A stretch of DNA of 64,000 nucleotides. Origin: Eledone cirrhosa. Lineage: Eukaryota. Below, one piece after another: positions 13,678-29,368 of the stretch. The position numbers and the translations under genes were made by a program. Within the stretch, counting starts at the first letter, position 1, and the number at the start of each line of letters is the position of its first letter. The DNA lies in assembly GCA_964016885.1 (NCBI GenBank), contig OZ024753.1:40424001-40488000 (forward strand), in the 5' to 3' direction. The notes below the pieces were generated by a model. That model searched no databases, was not told where the DNA came from, and saw nothing but the letters and a program-made list of their open reading frames with translations.

Positions 13678-13860
13678 ATTGTTTCTACTTTAGGCACAAA
13701 GCCAGCAATTACCCAGTGCATTACTGGTACTTTATTTTATCGACCCCGTAAGGATGAAAGGCAAAGTCAACCTCGGCGGGATTTGAACTCAGTTCATAAA
13801 GGGACGTAACTGTGCTGCAAAGCATGGCGTCTGACCCTCTACCGATACTGCCAATCCACC
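13678..13860 (-). mobile_element. Major SINE
   Basis: Full consensus match. Confidence 0.9.
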
Positions 13861-13934
13861 AGTGAAATATAATATTCATGGTTTCTTGAGTGCTACATGC
13901 TATGTAGAGGTGCATGACATCTCCACTTACTTCT

Positions 13935-14174
13935 TGCTACCACAACCGCCACAACCACCACACAAAAAACTACCACCACCACCACCTCCATCATAATCAC
14001 TAATACTACCACCACCACCACCACCACCATCATGATCACTAATACTACTACCACAACCGCCACAACCACCACAGAAAAACTACCACCACCACCATCACGA
14101 TCTCTACTACTACTACCACAACCGCCACAACCACCACAGAAAAACTACCACCACCAGCACCAACATTACGATCC

Positions 14175-14211
<37 letters not shown>

Positions 14212-14230
14212 CAGCACCACCAGCACCACT

Positions 14231-14261
<31 letters not shown>

Positions 14262-14266
14262 CCACC

Positions 14267-14340
<74 letters not shown>

Positions 14341-14420
14341 CACGATCACCATCATGATCCCTACTACTACCACCACCATCACGATCACCACCACCACCAC
14401 CACCTTCGCAACCACCAACA
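13935..14420. repeat. (CAC)n/(TAC)n compound repeat
   Basis: Direct reading. Confidence 0.9.
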
Positions 14421-14884
14421 TCATCTCTACACTCGCCCCATCTCCATAACCATTCACTCTTCATTCTTCAGCATTTTTTTCATCCCTCAACTGTTGTATT
14501 ATCTTGATTTAATACCAACGAATTGTATACATCATATTACATATACATCATATTACATATACATTATATTATATATACATTATATTATATATACATTATA
14601 TTATATATACATTATGTTTTCCATAGATTATATATTCTATATATTTCTGTTTCAAACTATAAAATCCATCCCACCTGTTGTTTGTATTCTTTTATTATTC
14701 GTCATTGTAAATAACTCGGTCAGCTTTCCTTTGATGTTCTCATTTCCATACATCCGCGTGCACACATACACATATAACAGTCATAAAACATGACACACAC
14801 ACACACACACTCACACATAACACTCATAAAACATGACACACACTCCACTCACACACACACAAACACACACACACACACTCTACT

Positions 14885-14916
<32 letters not shown>

Positions 14917-15449
14917 ACAGTCATAAAACATGTCACACACACACACTCTACTACCACACACACAAACACACACACACACACTCTACTCACACACACTCAC
15001 ACATAACACTCATAAAACATGAAACACACACACTCCACTCTCACACACACAAACACACACTCCACTAGCAGACACTGACACACACATATCATAGATATGC
15101 ACACACATATACACACGCATACACACCCAACACACATATGCATACACATGCATACACACATAACACACATAACATACGTATACACATGCATACACGCACA
15201 ACACTCATATACAAACACAGAAACACATGCATACACACACAACACACATAAAACATAACACGTACACACATACTCCACTCGCACACACAGACACACAAAA
15301 CACACATATGCATACACATATACACACGCATACACACACAACACAAATATGGACACACACATATACAACACTCTTTGAAATTCTTTTCACTTTTCTATCG
15401 CCATGCAGGCTGAGGGGTTAGTACACCACTAGTGTTATATTTTACTGAT

Positions 15450-15803
15450 CTCGAAGTATACAACGTAAATTTGAACCCGGAATGTTTGGGGATCAGAATT
15501 AAAAGATCCTGAAAAGATAGTGCAAGGCATTTTCTACGAGGCTCAACAAATAGAGGCGAATTGGTAGCTCGAAGTATACAACGTAAATTTGAACCCGGAA
15601 TATTTGGGGATCAGAATTAAAAGATCCTGAAAAGATAGTGCAAGGCATTTTCTACGAGGCTCAACAAATAGAGGCGAATTGGTAGCTCGAAGTATACAAC
15701 GTAAATTTGAACCCGGAATGTTTGGGGATCAGAATGAAAAAATCCTGAAAAGATAGTGCAAGGCATTTTCTACGAGGCTCAACAAATAGAGGCGAATTGG
15801 TAG
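15450..15803. repeat. 3 x 118-bp tandem repeat
   Basis: Near-identical units start at 15450, 15568 and 15686 (ctcgaagtatacaacg...ggcgaattggtag). Confidence 0.95.
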
Positions 15804-15945
15804 AGTCTTTAGAACGACAGATAGAATGATTTATGGATTTTGTTCCGGCTCTCTGCTCTCTGAGTTCGAATCCCACCGAGGTCAACTTTGCATTCCATCC
15901 TTTCAAAGGTCGATAGAAAAGTACGAGTCTAATACTGGAGTCGAT
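15790..15945 (+). mobile_element. Older-subfamily SINE
   Basis: ggcgaattggtagag...gagttcgaatcccaccgaggtcaactttgcattccatcc...gtcgatag. Confidence 0.75.
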
Positions 15946-16279
15946 TCTTCCACTCTCAAGAAGAAATCTTATGTACTCAGGACTGGAGAAGGATAGGCTC
16001 AGTCTGGCTTAAATGTGCCAAAGAAACGCCGTATCTGGAGATACGAGACCAGACATATATACAAACAATTGAGCCTTTCCACAACACAGTTTGACAGTGG
16101 GAGGTGCCAGCTTAGTACTGGGGTCGATTCTTCCTCTCTAAAAAAGAAATCTTATGTACTCAGGACTGGTGAAGGATGGCTCAGTCTGGCTTAATGTGCC
16201 AAAGAAACGCCGTATCTGGAGATACGAGACCAGACATAGACACAAACAATTGAGCCTTTCCACAACACAGTTTGACAGT
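15932..16279. repeat. 2 x ~183-bp tandem duplication, related to 29615-29810
   Basis: tactggrgtcgattcttcc...cacagtttgacagt occurs twice. Confidence 0.85.
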
Positions 16280-16874
16280 TGGAGTTCGGCACTTCCACGT
16301 TCGGACCATATCATTGTGATTGTGTTCATTATCTATAAAGTTCTGTCACAAGTTATGAATCTCGATGAGCTCGGTTTGTTTCGCTTGGGTATTCAGCTGG
16401 AAGGAGTGTTTCAGGACTCTTCTTCCACGACTCTCATGCGAATAAGTGAGTTTAAGGAAAGAAACAAAGAGAACTATATTGCAATTGGAACTACTGAACG
16501 TATCATCCATTTCTCTGAACTGACTCACTCACTGACTGACAATCACTGCCATAATCCAAACATCTAGAAGTGTGATATTACCGAGAAAAATCAATATCCT
16601 AAGAAATAGATGGATTGAATGTTTCATCTGTCGATAGAAAAACCGTATATAGAGATAAATATTTTTACCAGGAATAGGGGTACGAAGGAAAAAAAAAAAG
16701 CAATTTTTCTTTGAAAACCGAGAGAAGGAGGTTTGATATTGACAGATCTGAGAATATTTTCCCGAACACTGTGGAGAGTAACTATATATTCTCACACTAA
16801 AATACATATAATCCGCGAAAGTATTTTTGTGAGGTCTAAATCCCATGTTGTTTAGATGGATCCTAATATAATAC

Positions 16875-17825
<951 letters not shown>

Positions 17826-18190
17826 TTCCGAAATCTTCTTACTGGCCAGAGAATTGATGTACAAAGGTTTCCATAGAATGACGTGAGGAAGACACTCGAG
17901 AGATACTAGAATTTACTACAACACTAACACCAACATAATCAATAATAATAGCCAAAAAAATAAATAAAAAAGAAACGAGAAACAAAATCCTTCAAAAAAT
18001 CGAATAAGTCAGAAATGATTGATGATTGAATCGAATATAAGCCAGTAGGGGATAATATTTGGGGTGGGGGGCATTAAGGTCATGTTTGATAGTAGGATTA
18101 GGTTTTATACTCAATGTGAATTTAGTTTCTAAATATCAACAATATATTTGTTTGTATATATATATATAAATTTATACTCTGTCGATATAT

Positions 18191-18347
18191 ACGCCATGCT
18201 TTGCAGCATAGTTACGTCCCTTTACGGACTGAGTTCAAATCCCGCCGAGATTAACTTTGCCGTTCATCCTTTCGGGTTCGATAAAATAAAGTACCAGTAA
18301 TGTACTGGGTAATTTGCTGGCCTTGTGCCAAAAGCAGAAACAATTAT
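18191..18347 (+). mobile_element. Major SINE, 5'-truncated
   Basis: acgccatgctttgcagc...gcagaaacaattat. Confidence 0.9.
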
Positions 18348-18377
18348 GTTATATTATATCATATATATATATATATG

Positions 18378-18409
<32 letters not shown>

Positions 18410-18429
18410 TATGTGTATATATATATATG

Positions 18430-18532
<103 letters not shown>

Positions 18533-18563
18533 GTATATATATATATGTATATATATATATATG

Positions 18564-18626
<63 letters not shown>

Positions 18627-18630
<4 letters not shown>

Positions 18631-18769
18631 TAGTTGGGTAGTAGAGTGGGTAATATGAAAAGATTCAGGACGCCGAGGGATGAGCCGTTTCGAGAGCTAG
18701 ATTCAAACAGTTTGGATCTAGCTGTCAAAAGGGCCGGAGCTCAGCCGTCGGGACCCTGAATCTTTTCAT
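18627..18769 (-). mobile_element. Family B element, divergent subfamily
   Basis: Shared gggtagtagagtgggtaata plus a palindrome with different arm sequence (tatgaaaagattcagg / cctgaatcttttcata). Confidence 0.75.
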
Positions 18770-18882
18770 ATATATATATACACAGTTCTAGAGTAACCAA
18801 TCTTAAAGAGAGAGATGGAGATAGGAGAGGAGATATGAGAGGAGAGATTGGTGAAATTTGTGGTCTTGCTTTGCTTAACTAA

Positions 18883-18942
<60 letters not shown>

Positions 18943-18976
18943 TTACAATAATCAAAGTTCAGTTTAAATCATTTAT

Positions 18977-19024
18977 TTGCTTACAATTGTTTCCTCCAAA
19001 CCGAGGTTTGGATTCTTCGGAGCA
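18977..19024 (-). ncRNA. Hammerhead-like ribozyme, CCGAAGA core variant
   Basis: Reverse complement reads TGCT-CCGAAGA-aTCCAAACCtcGGTTTGGAg-GAAAC-aatt-GTA-AGCA. Confidence 0.7.
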
Positions 19025-19283
19025 TTTTTATTTTTATTTTTATTTTTATTTTTATTTTTATTTTTATTTTTATTTTTATTTTTATTTTTATTTTTATTTT
19101 TATTTTTATTTTTATTTTTATTTTTATTTTTATTTTTATTTTTATCCTTTAACCTTTATATGTAAATTGCCATGCTATATCATTATGATGGATGTCATCC
19201 CACTGTGGGTCAATATATGCATATGTTTTTATATGTCTCTTGTGTTGAAAAGGAGGTCAAGTATGTTATAGATCACTAAATAG

Positions 19284-19332
19284 TTGCTCCGAAGAATCCA
19301 AACCTCGGTTTGGAGGAAAGAATTGTAAGCAA
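19284..19332 (+). ncRNA. Hammerhead-like ribozyme, CCGAAGA core variant
   Basis: TTGCT-CCGAAGA-helix II-GAAAG-aatt-GTA-AGCAA with one helix III mismatch, followed by AATAAA. Confidence 0.6.
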
Positions 19333-19540
19333 ATAAATGATTTAAACTGAACTTTGATTATTTTAATCTCTATATAACTGCTCTGTAAAACAACCGATGT
19401 TATTACATTGAGCTATTTATCTTACTGGTAATAAGATAGTAATGAACGACTATCTTTCACTATTTGGGGTTTGTATAAAAAAGATATATAACCATAAAAG
19501 GTTTTATTATATACATAACCATAAATAGTATCCTTAATAC

Positions 19541-19571
<31 letters not shown>

Positions 19572-19855
19572 GTGTATATAAATATATATGTATATTTTCC
19601 GATGAATATCAGGAGTTGAGCACATATAAAAAGTTTCACAATACGTTAGTAGAGTATATACTTCCATCTTTACCTTAGATAGAATTTAAAACTACAGGAC
19701 ACCAATGGGTTTATCTATTAACACTCAGTATGATTTCGAAGACAAATTTTCATGGTTTTCCCAACATCTTTGGTTCATAAAATGAATAATAATATTATCT
19801 AGGATGAGGGGGTATACATTTATTTGGTCCTATTTTTAACACCTTTTACTTGTCT

Positions 19856-20056
19856 GAAGCATGGCGTCCAACCCTCTACCGATACTGCCAATTCGGACGC
19901 CATGCTTTGCAGTACAGTGTTACGACCCTTTATGATCTGAGTTCAAATCCCACCGAGGTTAACTTTACCTTTCATCCTTACGGGGGTCGATAAAATAAAG
20001 TACCAGTAATACATTGCGGTAATTGCTGGCCTTGTGCCAAAAGTAGAAACAATTAT
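19856..20056 (+). mobile_element. Major SINE with an inverted head fragment
   Basis: A minus-strand head (19856-19892) is fused to a plus-strand body starting tcggacgcc. Confidence 0.8.
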
Positions 20057-20074
20057 TTATTATTGTGTGTGTGG

Positions 20075-20245
20075 TTTTAGCCCGAGGTCAGACAAGACAA
20101 AGTAGGTATGAGATCGAAGATCAAAGACGTTCCAGGAGTGACCACATTGTTATTTTTTTAGAGTTATGTGTGACAACGTCATTCAAAATGTCCTTCCCAT
20201 ATTTATGGTGAGTGAGATGAGGAAGATTTGGTTGCTATTTCCATC
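20075..20245 (+). mobile_element. Old dispersed repeat (also ~9595-9810, ~40540-40930, ~57596-57770)
   Basis: Shared motifs ttttagcc..ggtca, gatcaaag..ccag..gtga and gatttg..tgctatttc. Confidence 0.5.
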
Positions 20246-20566
20246 ATGTCCACCGTATAAGCTCGTTGGGTGTAGTGAGGTTTTCAGCCATTCTATATTT
20301 ACGTATGTTTTTGTACATTCACATAACTTAAAGTTTTTAATTGAATGTTAGTACCTACGGTTGTATATATGTAAACATGTATGTATGTAAGTATGCATTT
20401 ATGTACGTATATAACTATGCAAATATGTATGCATGTAAGTATGTATGTATGTATGTACGTACATATGTATGCATGTATGTATAAAGTTATGTTTGTGTGT
20501 ATGTATTATGTATGTATGAACAAATGTGTCTGTGTGAGTGCGTTATATGAGCAACCAGACATCTGA

Positions 20567-20667
<101 letters not shown>

Positions 20668-20744
20668 TGTTCTAATCCCGAACGTTTACAAATATATATA
20701 AATCAAATGTAGACATTCATTATATATATATATGTCTATATACG

Positions 20745-20838
<94 letters not shown>

Positions 20839-20913
20839 TGCAAGTATGTTTATGTATGTGTTCCATACAAATTTTTCTACGTCGTAACCTTATGCAAATT
20901 TACCCCCACACAA

Positions 20914-20980
<67 letters not shown>

Positions 20981-21054
20981 TTATAGACACAAACACACAC
21001 ACATATATATATATACATTATACACAAATATAAACACACACACATACACCCACC

Positions 21055-21130
<76 letters not shown>

Positions 21131-21485
21131 TTCAGAAATATTTACTTGTATGTATTTGTTTACATGCGTGTGTCATTATAGAGGAATGTGTGTGTATGTG
21201 TGTCTGTGAACGTACACACGTGTGTGTGTGTGTGTGTATGTACACGTGTGTGTGTGTGTGTGTGTGTTTACGTACACACATGTGTGTCTGTGTATCTACA
21301 CACGTGTGTGTGTGTATGTACACGTGTGTGTGTGTGTGTGTGTGTGTGTTTACGTACACACATGTGTGTATGTGTATCTACACACGTGTGTGTGTTTATG
21401 ACGACTAAATATTTGATGTTACATCTCCTGGAATCTTTGACATCCATACCTTGAATCATTTGTCAAATATGAAACCGGATAACAC

Positions 21486-21486
21486 G

Positions 21487-21518
<32 letters not shown>

Positions 21519-21989
21519 GCTGTTGCTATTGTTGTTGTTGTTGTACCTATTGTTGCTGCTATTGTCATTGTTGTTGTTGTACCTATTATTGCAGTTGTTG
21601 TTGTTGTTGTTGTACCTATTGTTGCTGTTGTTGTTGTTGTTGTACCTATTGTTGCTGTTGTTGTTGTTGTTGCTATTGCCATTGTTGCTCTGTTGTTGTT
21701 GTTGTTGTTGTACCTATTGTTGCTGCTGTTGCTGTTGTTGCTATTCTTATTGTTGCTCTTGTTGTTGTTGTTGTTGTTGCTGCTATTGTTATTGTTGCTA
21801 TTGTTATTGTTGTTGTTGTACCTATTGTTGCTATTGTTGTTGTTGTACCTATTGTTGCTGTTGTTGTTGTTGCTATTGTTATTGTTGCTATTGTTATTGT
21901 TGTTGTTGTACCTATTGTTGCTGCTGTTGCTGTTGTTGCTATTCTTATTGTTGCTCTTGTTGTTGTTGTTGTTGTTGTTGTACCTATCG

Positions 21990-22020
<31 letters not shown>

Positions 22021-22550
22021 ACCTATTGTTGCTGCTGTTGTTGTTGTTATTGTCATTGTTGCTTTCGTTGTTGTCGTTGTTGTTGCTGTTGTTGCTGCTG
22101 TTGCTGTTGTTGTTGTCGTTGTTGTTGCTGTTGTTGCTGCTGTTGCTGTTGTTGTTGTCGTTGTTGTTGCTGTTGTTGTCGTTGTTGCTGCTGTTGCTGT
22201 TGTTGTGGTCGTTGTTGCTGCTGCTGTTGTTTTTATAATTGTTGCTCTCATTGTTGGTGTTATTGTCATTGCTGTTCCTATAGTTGTTGTTGCTATTGTT
22301 GCCATAGTTGTTGTTGTTGTTGTTTTTACTGTTGTTGTTATTTCTACTGTCAGCGCCACTGTTGTTGTTATTGCTGTTGTTCCTACTGTGAATGTCACTG
22401 CTGTTGTTGTTGTTGTTGTTGTTGTTCCTACTGTCAATGTCACTGTTGTTGTTGTTGTTGTTGTTGTTCCTACTGTCAGTGTCACTGTTGTTGTTGTTGT
22501 TGTTGTTGTTGTTCCTACTATCAATGTCACTGTTGTTGTTGTTGTTGTCT
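21486..22550. repeat. (TTG)n-based compound minisatellite
   Basis: TTG/CTG runs punctuated by gtacctatt and cctactgtcaatgtcac units. Confidence 0.95.
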
Positions 22551-22813
22551 TTAAAAACATATTTACTCCCCAGATAGTTTGACGTTGTTTGACTTTCCTA
22601 TGTCAACGTAAATCTACCATAATCCGTCAGTTTGATGACAGTCCTACCCCTACCTCCCCCACCTCACACTACTGTCTTTCTTTACCTCTCTACCTCTATA
22701 TCTCTATACCATCCATCACCCATTCTCTCACACGCCACCCTCGCTTTTTCTCTATATCTCTCCATCTACCTCTCTCACACCTCCCTCTCTTTATCTCTAC
22801 CTCAATATCTCTA

Positions 22814-22937
<124 letters not shown>

Positions 22938-22999
22938 ATATATGTATATATATATATTTATATATTTATATATATATTTATATATATATATATATATAA

Positions 23000-23119
<120 letters not shown>

Positions 23120-23169
23120 ATATGTGTGTATATGTATATGTATGTATATATATTTATATATATATACAT

Positions 23170-23229
<60 letters not shown>

Positions 23230-23240
23230 ATATATCTATA

Positions 23241-23732
<492 letters not shown>

Positions 23733-23734
23733 AT

Positions 23735-23800
<66 letters not shown>

Positions 23801-23803
<3 letters not shown>

Positions 23804-23952
23804 ACAACGATGATTTGTTAAGCCTTCATTACGTTTATTGATTGGTGACGGGCGTTTCGCTATTGATGAGACCATGGTTCCATCTGTATCAATTTGGCCC
23901 GACTCTGGAGTCAAACTCTCGTTGTACTTCTAGGGTAGTAATGACAGAATGG

Positions 23953-23957
<5 letters not shown>
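23801..23957 (-). mobile_element. Family D TA-embedded element
   Basis: Homolog of 25372-25511. Reverse complement contains CGAAACgcccGTC. Confidence 0.7.
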
Positions 23958-24026
<69 letters not shown>

Positions 24027-24044
24027 TAGATATAGATATCCATA

Positions 24045-24097
<53 letters not shown>

Positions 24098-24114
24098 ATA
24101 CATATATATGTATA

Positions 24115-24205
<91 letters not shown>

Positions 24206-24312
24206 ATACATATATATGTATATATATATATGTATATATATATATATACATATATATGTATATATATATATATATATATACATATATATGTATATATATA
24301 TATATATAAATA

Positions 24313-24484
<172 letters not shown>

Positions 24485-24991
24485 TATGGTTATACATATA
24501 TATGGGACGGTAAGTTCGAATAAAATTGCGGTGGTAATGGTACTGGGGTTGATGATGATGATGCCGATGAAGATGATGACGTCAATCATGATGAAGATGA
24601 TAACGATGATGATGATGGCGATGATGATGGACGCCATTGATGTCATATTCTGTGATACATCACTTGGTGAGATCTCTTGAGTCACCAGCTGAAGAGATTT
24701 ACTTGAGTAGTGTGTGTTAATTCAGAGGCAGTCGTGAGAGATTTAGAAGTTGGGTGAGGTCCAGGTGTTTCCGACCATCATACAGATAGCATGCAGCTGC
24801 CAGACAACAAAGGATAATATGACTATTCAAAAACCTTTACTGGAAAACGATAATCGATACTAAAAAAAAAAAAAAACCAATAGAAAAAAATAACAAAAAA
24901 AAACAAGTAGATAGGAAATCGAAACTGAATATATACTAAAACAAAGGAAAAAGAAATATATATGCAAATACATACCTAGTGCATAACGAAT

Positions 24992-25059
<68 letters not shown>

Positions 25060-25073
25060 CTTCCACGCCCACA

Positions 25074-25184
<111 letters not shown>

Positions 25185-25243
25185 TGATGGAATTAATAAG
25201 ATGATTTGAAGTGTAATCTTTAGTTCTTCATCTCTATCATATA

Positions 25244-25318
25244 CAGGGTGTCCCAAAAAATGTATACACACTTTGATAATAATGGTCTTGAAGTGTGTAT
25301 ACATTTTTTTGAGACACC

Positions 25319-25321
<3 letters not shown>
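25244..25321. mobile_element. Tc1/mariner-type MITE
   Basis: TA-CAGGGTGTCCCAAAAAATGTATACACACTT...AAGTGTGTATACATTTTTTTGAGACACCCTG-TA. Confidence 0.85.
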
Positions 25322-25371
<50 letters not shown>

Positions 25372-25376
<5 letters not shown>

Positions 25377-25508
25377 CAAGGACGATTTATTAAGCCTTCA
25401 TTACGTTTACTGATTGGTGACACGCGTTTCGTTCAAGGTTCGATCTGCATCGATCTGGCCCGACTCTGGAATCAAAAGCTCGTCGGACTTCTGCTGTTGT
25501 AATGACAG

Positions 25509-25511
<3 letters not shown>
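25372..25511 (-). mobile_element. Family D TA-embedded element with HHR-like core
   Basis: Reverse complement reads CCGACGAG...CGAAAC-gcgt-GTC, with (TA)n on both sides. Confidence 0.7.
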
Positions 25512-25547
<36 letters not shown>

Positions 25548-25572
25548 AGCAAATGAATGAATGAAGGAGTAC

Positions 25573-25685
25573 AAGCCGTTAAAACAAGTTCTTTATATAG
25601 CTCTTACACATGTTTCGCCCACACGGGGACTGTATGTGCACGAAACATGTGTAAGAGCTATCTAAAGAATTTGTTTTAACGGCTT
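25573..25685. repeat. Palindrome of an HHR 3' half (family E)
   Basis: 45-bp arms ending in GTTTCG / CGAAAC-atgt-GTA-agagc around a 23-nt loop. Confidence 0.8.
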
Positions 25686-25689
25686 CATT

Positions 25690-26030
25690 CTCAATACTAC
25701 ATGAGGCCTTAAAATAGGGTATAAACTCAGATCTTCATCTTGACTAAGTTATGAAAGCATAACAACACATTGTAAGTGGGGCTTCTATATTCAGCTCCAG
25801 TACATATTCTAAATATTGGTTTCTTATATAGGCACAAGGTCAGCAATTTTGGGGGAGGGGAAAGGCGATTAATTTGACCCCAATGCGTGACTGGTACTTT
25901 GTTTTATCGACCCCGTAAGGATAAAAGGCGAAGCTAACATCGGCAAGATTTGAACTGAGAGTGCAGCAGTGATTTGGAATAAATACCGAAGCATTTTTAT
26001 CCGATGCCATTATGACTATGCCAGTCCACA
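25690..26030 (-). mobile_element. SINE with a ~130-bp 3' extension
   Basis: The extension at 25690-25818 is the reverse complement of 51965-52093. Confidence 0.8.
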
Positions 26031-26315
26031 TAATAACTACAATTAACAAGTCCCCTAACTGATTTATTCTTAATACGAAGGTGTCAGGTTCCCACATTTA
26101 TGTGATGAGAGATTAAAAAAAATTCACCTCTATTGAACCCTAGAGAATAATTTGAAGGGTGCATAGCTCAACTTTGCATAGTTTACATAACTTCATAGGA
26201 AAGGATATATGCAGATATATGTTTACATACACACATGCAAAAACACAAACTCGTATACATATAAACATTATATACACACACATACATATATATCTACACA
26301 TACATGTATATATAT

Positions 26316-26383
<68 letters not shown>

Positions 26384-26407
26384 TTCGTTGACCCTACCAA
26401 GGTATAA

Positions 26408-26444
<37 letters not shown>

Positions 26445-26569
26445 AACCTAATATATCCCTTCTCTACCGATTGTGTTGTTATTTCTGTTTACCTTTTATA
26501 TACATACATATATATATATATAAATGTCCAATTTTCACTATATATATATATATACACACACACACATAC

Positions 26570-26622
<53 letters not shown>

Positions 26623-26905
26623 TACATATATATAGGTACATAGACATATAAGTATACATTATATATATGTGTATATATATATATATGTTGCACTTCAATG
26701 CATGATTTTTGAAATTCTTCGAATTTTCCATGCTATGTATGTGGGTGCGGATGATTGACATGTAAGCTACAGTTTGTTTAAATCACACTTATGCCATTTC
26801 GTCATTAATTCTAGCGAATGGAAAACGTATCAAGGCATCAGCACGTATATATATACACATGCACACAGAGACACTCACAATCACACACTCACACACATTT
26901 GTATA

Positions 26906-26950
<45 letters not shown>

Positions 26951-26961
26951 ATATACATATA

Positions 26962-27027
<66 letters not shown>

Positions 27028-27030
<3 letters not shown>

Positions 27031-27219
27031 GGAACAAGTAAGACCCCGACGGCTGAGCTCAAGCCGTTTCGACGGCTAATTCTGGACTGAATTAGCCGTC
27101 GAAACGGCTTGAGCTCAGCCGTCGGGGTCTTACTTGTTCCTATTACACACTCTACTACCCTAAGTATTGAGTACTTTGGTGCGTTATGGTCCACCTGGTT
27201 CCTTACCACATTTCCTTCG

Positions 27220-27222
<3 letters not shown>
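27028..27222 (+). mobile_element. Family B palindromic element, full length
   Basis: Perfect arms around ctggact, then a tail ending cttcgtta(TA)n. Confidence 0.92.
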
Positions 27223-27259
<37 letters not shown>

Positions 27260-27465
27260 ATAATAATAAATTTGAAGACTAAAATCCAAAGAGGGCTCGA
27301 TAAGGATAAATATATATCAAATATATAAGAAACCTAGAGCAAATATTTATTAAAATAACAGATTAAAGTTAAAGCAAAGAATCGCTGCTTTCACCCTTAA
27401 CGGGATCTTCTGAAACTCATATATATATTTGTATATATATATATATTTGTATATATATATATATT

Positions 27466-27523
<58 letters not shown>

Positions 27524-27623
27524 CAAATATATATATGCACATACTCATAGAGATAGAGAGAAAGTAAGAGAAACAATAATATATATATATATATGTATGT
27601 ATATATATATATATATATATATA

Positions 27624-27683
<60 letters not shown>

Positions 27684-28401
27684 GAAAGAGAGAGTGAGAG
27701 AGAGAGAGAGAGACAGAAACTTAGGTAGATATAAACCTACATAACTACCTACATACATATTTACATACATACACACACACACTCACACACACATATAGAT
27801 AATTACATACCTACCTACATACATATATATATAACATGTAAATGTTATATATATAATGGAAAAATTTGAACAGGAACAAAACAGAGAGGCAGTACAACGA
27901 ATATAGACAGATGAGCAGTCAGACAGTCAAACATAGATAAAGATAGATAGATGAAAATCTATCGTAATAACAGAGCGCATGCGAATCTTACTACAAGCAT
28001 CATTTACCAATCCCAGAAGAATACAGACATCTCTAATTTGATGCAATCTGAGTTGACAATCTGTCGTGATTTTTGGAACATGTCAGACTTCCCATCCTAT
28101 AGGGCTTCAACAGTGAAACCCTATAAACCATCAAATATATTTAGGCTAAGATATTTCGAAGGGTCAAAATTTTGCCTAGTAAATTAATTCTATGTGTGCA
28201 AGCCAGTCTGGTATTGTAGAATTATATTTGTAGAATTTGCTGCTTTCGTGTGTGTCTTTGTATCTGGATAGATCAACCGGCACAAGCCCACACACATCAC
28301 ACTTACATAAAGAGGCACACAGACACCAGACACAGACACACACACACACACACAACACATATGTTTTTGTTTTTTCTAGCATAAAACCCACCTATCATTA
28401 A

Positions 28402-28621
28402 CCCTTTCACATTCACATTACTCTATATATACTATTATATTTTCATGGTAAAAGCTTTACATCGCATACTTATCTCACATAATATCGAATCTATGAGATT
28501 TTCAAAGTATTTATTTTGAGAACAATTCCTTAACATTAGTTTGAGTGACCAGTTACAGCCAGTTTCAAAAGAAAGAGGTAGAGAATTCTGGCCGGTTTTG
28601 GCCTGTTTGAACATTAAAGGG
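28402..28621. mobile_element. piggyBac-type MITE
   Basis: TTAA-CCCTTT...AAAGGG-TTAA, with a homolog at 51029-51249. Confidence 0.85.
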
Positions 28622-29291
28622 TTAAAGTTTTCTGTTATATCTTTTGAAATAGGGCATAACAGCATAGAGACATACACAGACATACATAGAGTAGACGCTG
28701 TTTATGGCAGTGTATCGTTATTATGTTTGATCTCATATGCTTTAATCAAAGGTGTTGCATTCATTACCATCTCATCGATATTTCAGATGTAACGTATCTA
28801 GCATAGATATTATCTATTTCGTTTATTTTTTATTTTTTTTCTATAATGAAAGTAATGTGTAATTAAAGGATGATTTCGTTGCTATTTCTAGCAAGCCAAT
28901 AAATTACCTCGAAGCCCTCTCGTTGACTTAGTAATCTTGATGCTGATGGTTGACATTCCTACATAGCTTTAGAAAATATTTCACCACATACCAAAGATTT
29001 CCCCTGTGTGTATTATACTTATGCCATTTTGCCGTCTCTTTCCTCTCTCACTTCAATTTTATTTAGATGGTTTCAAAATAAAATGGCAGGCTCTTTCTTT
29101 AACTCTCAAGTGAATATATTGTCTGACAAACGGAAAACTACTGAGTTTCTTGATTAGAATTTAATACATCACCCACCCGCACACACACATATATGTTAAC
29201 TCGCAAATTAATCAGGGCAACAGTCATGCATAAATGTAAAGTGAATATACATATATTCACACACACATATATATATATTATGTGTGAATAA

Positions 29292-29326
<35 letters not shown>

Positions 29327-29368
29327 CGTGTATGTATATACATAGATATGTATATATATATATATATA

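Larger units (their letters stand above)
18940..19370. mobile_element. Family C element: ~85-bp inverted repeats, each with an HHR (inverted pLTR-like)
   Basis: 18940-19024 is the reverse complement of 19285-19370. The spacer contains (TTTTTA)n. Confidence 0.8.
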
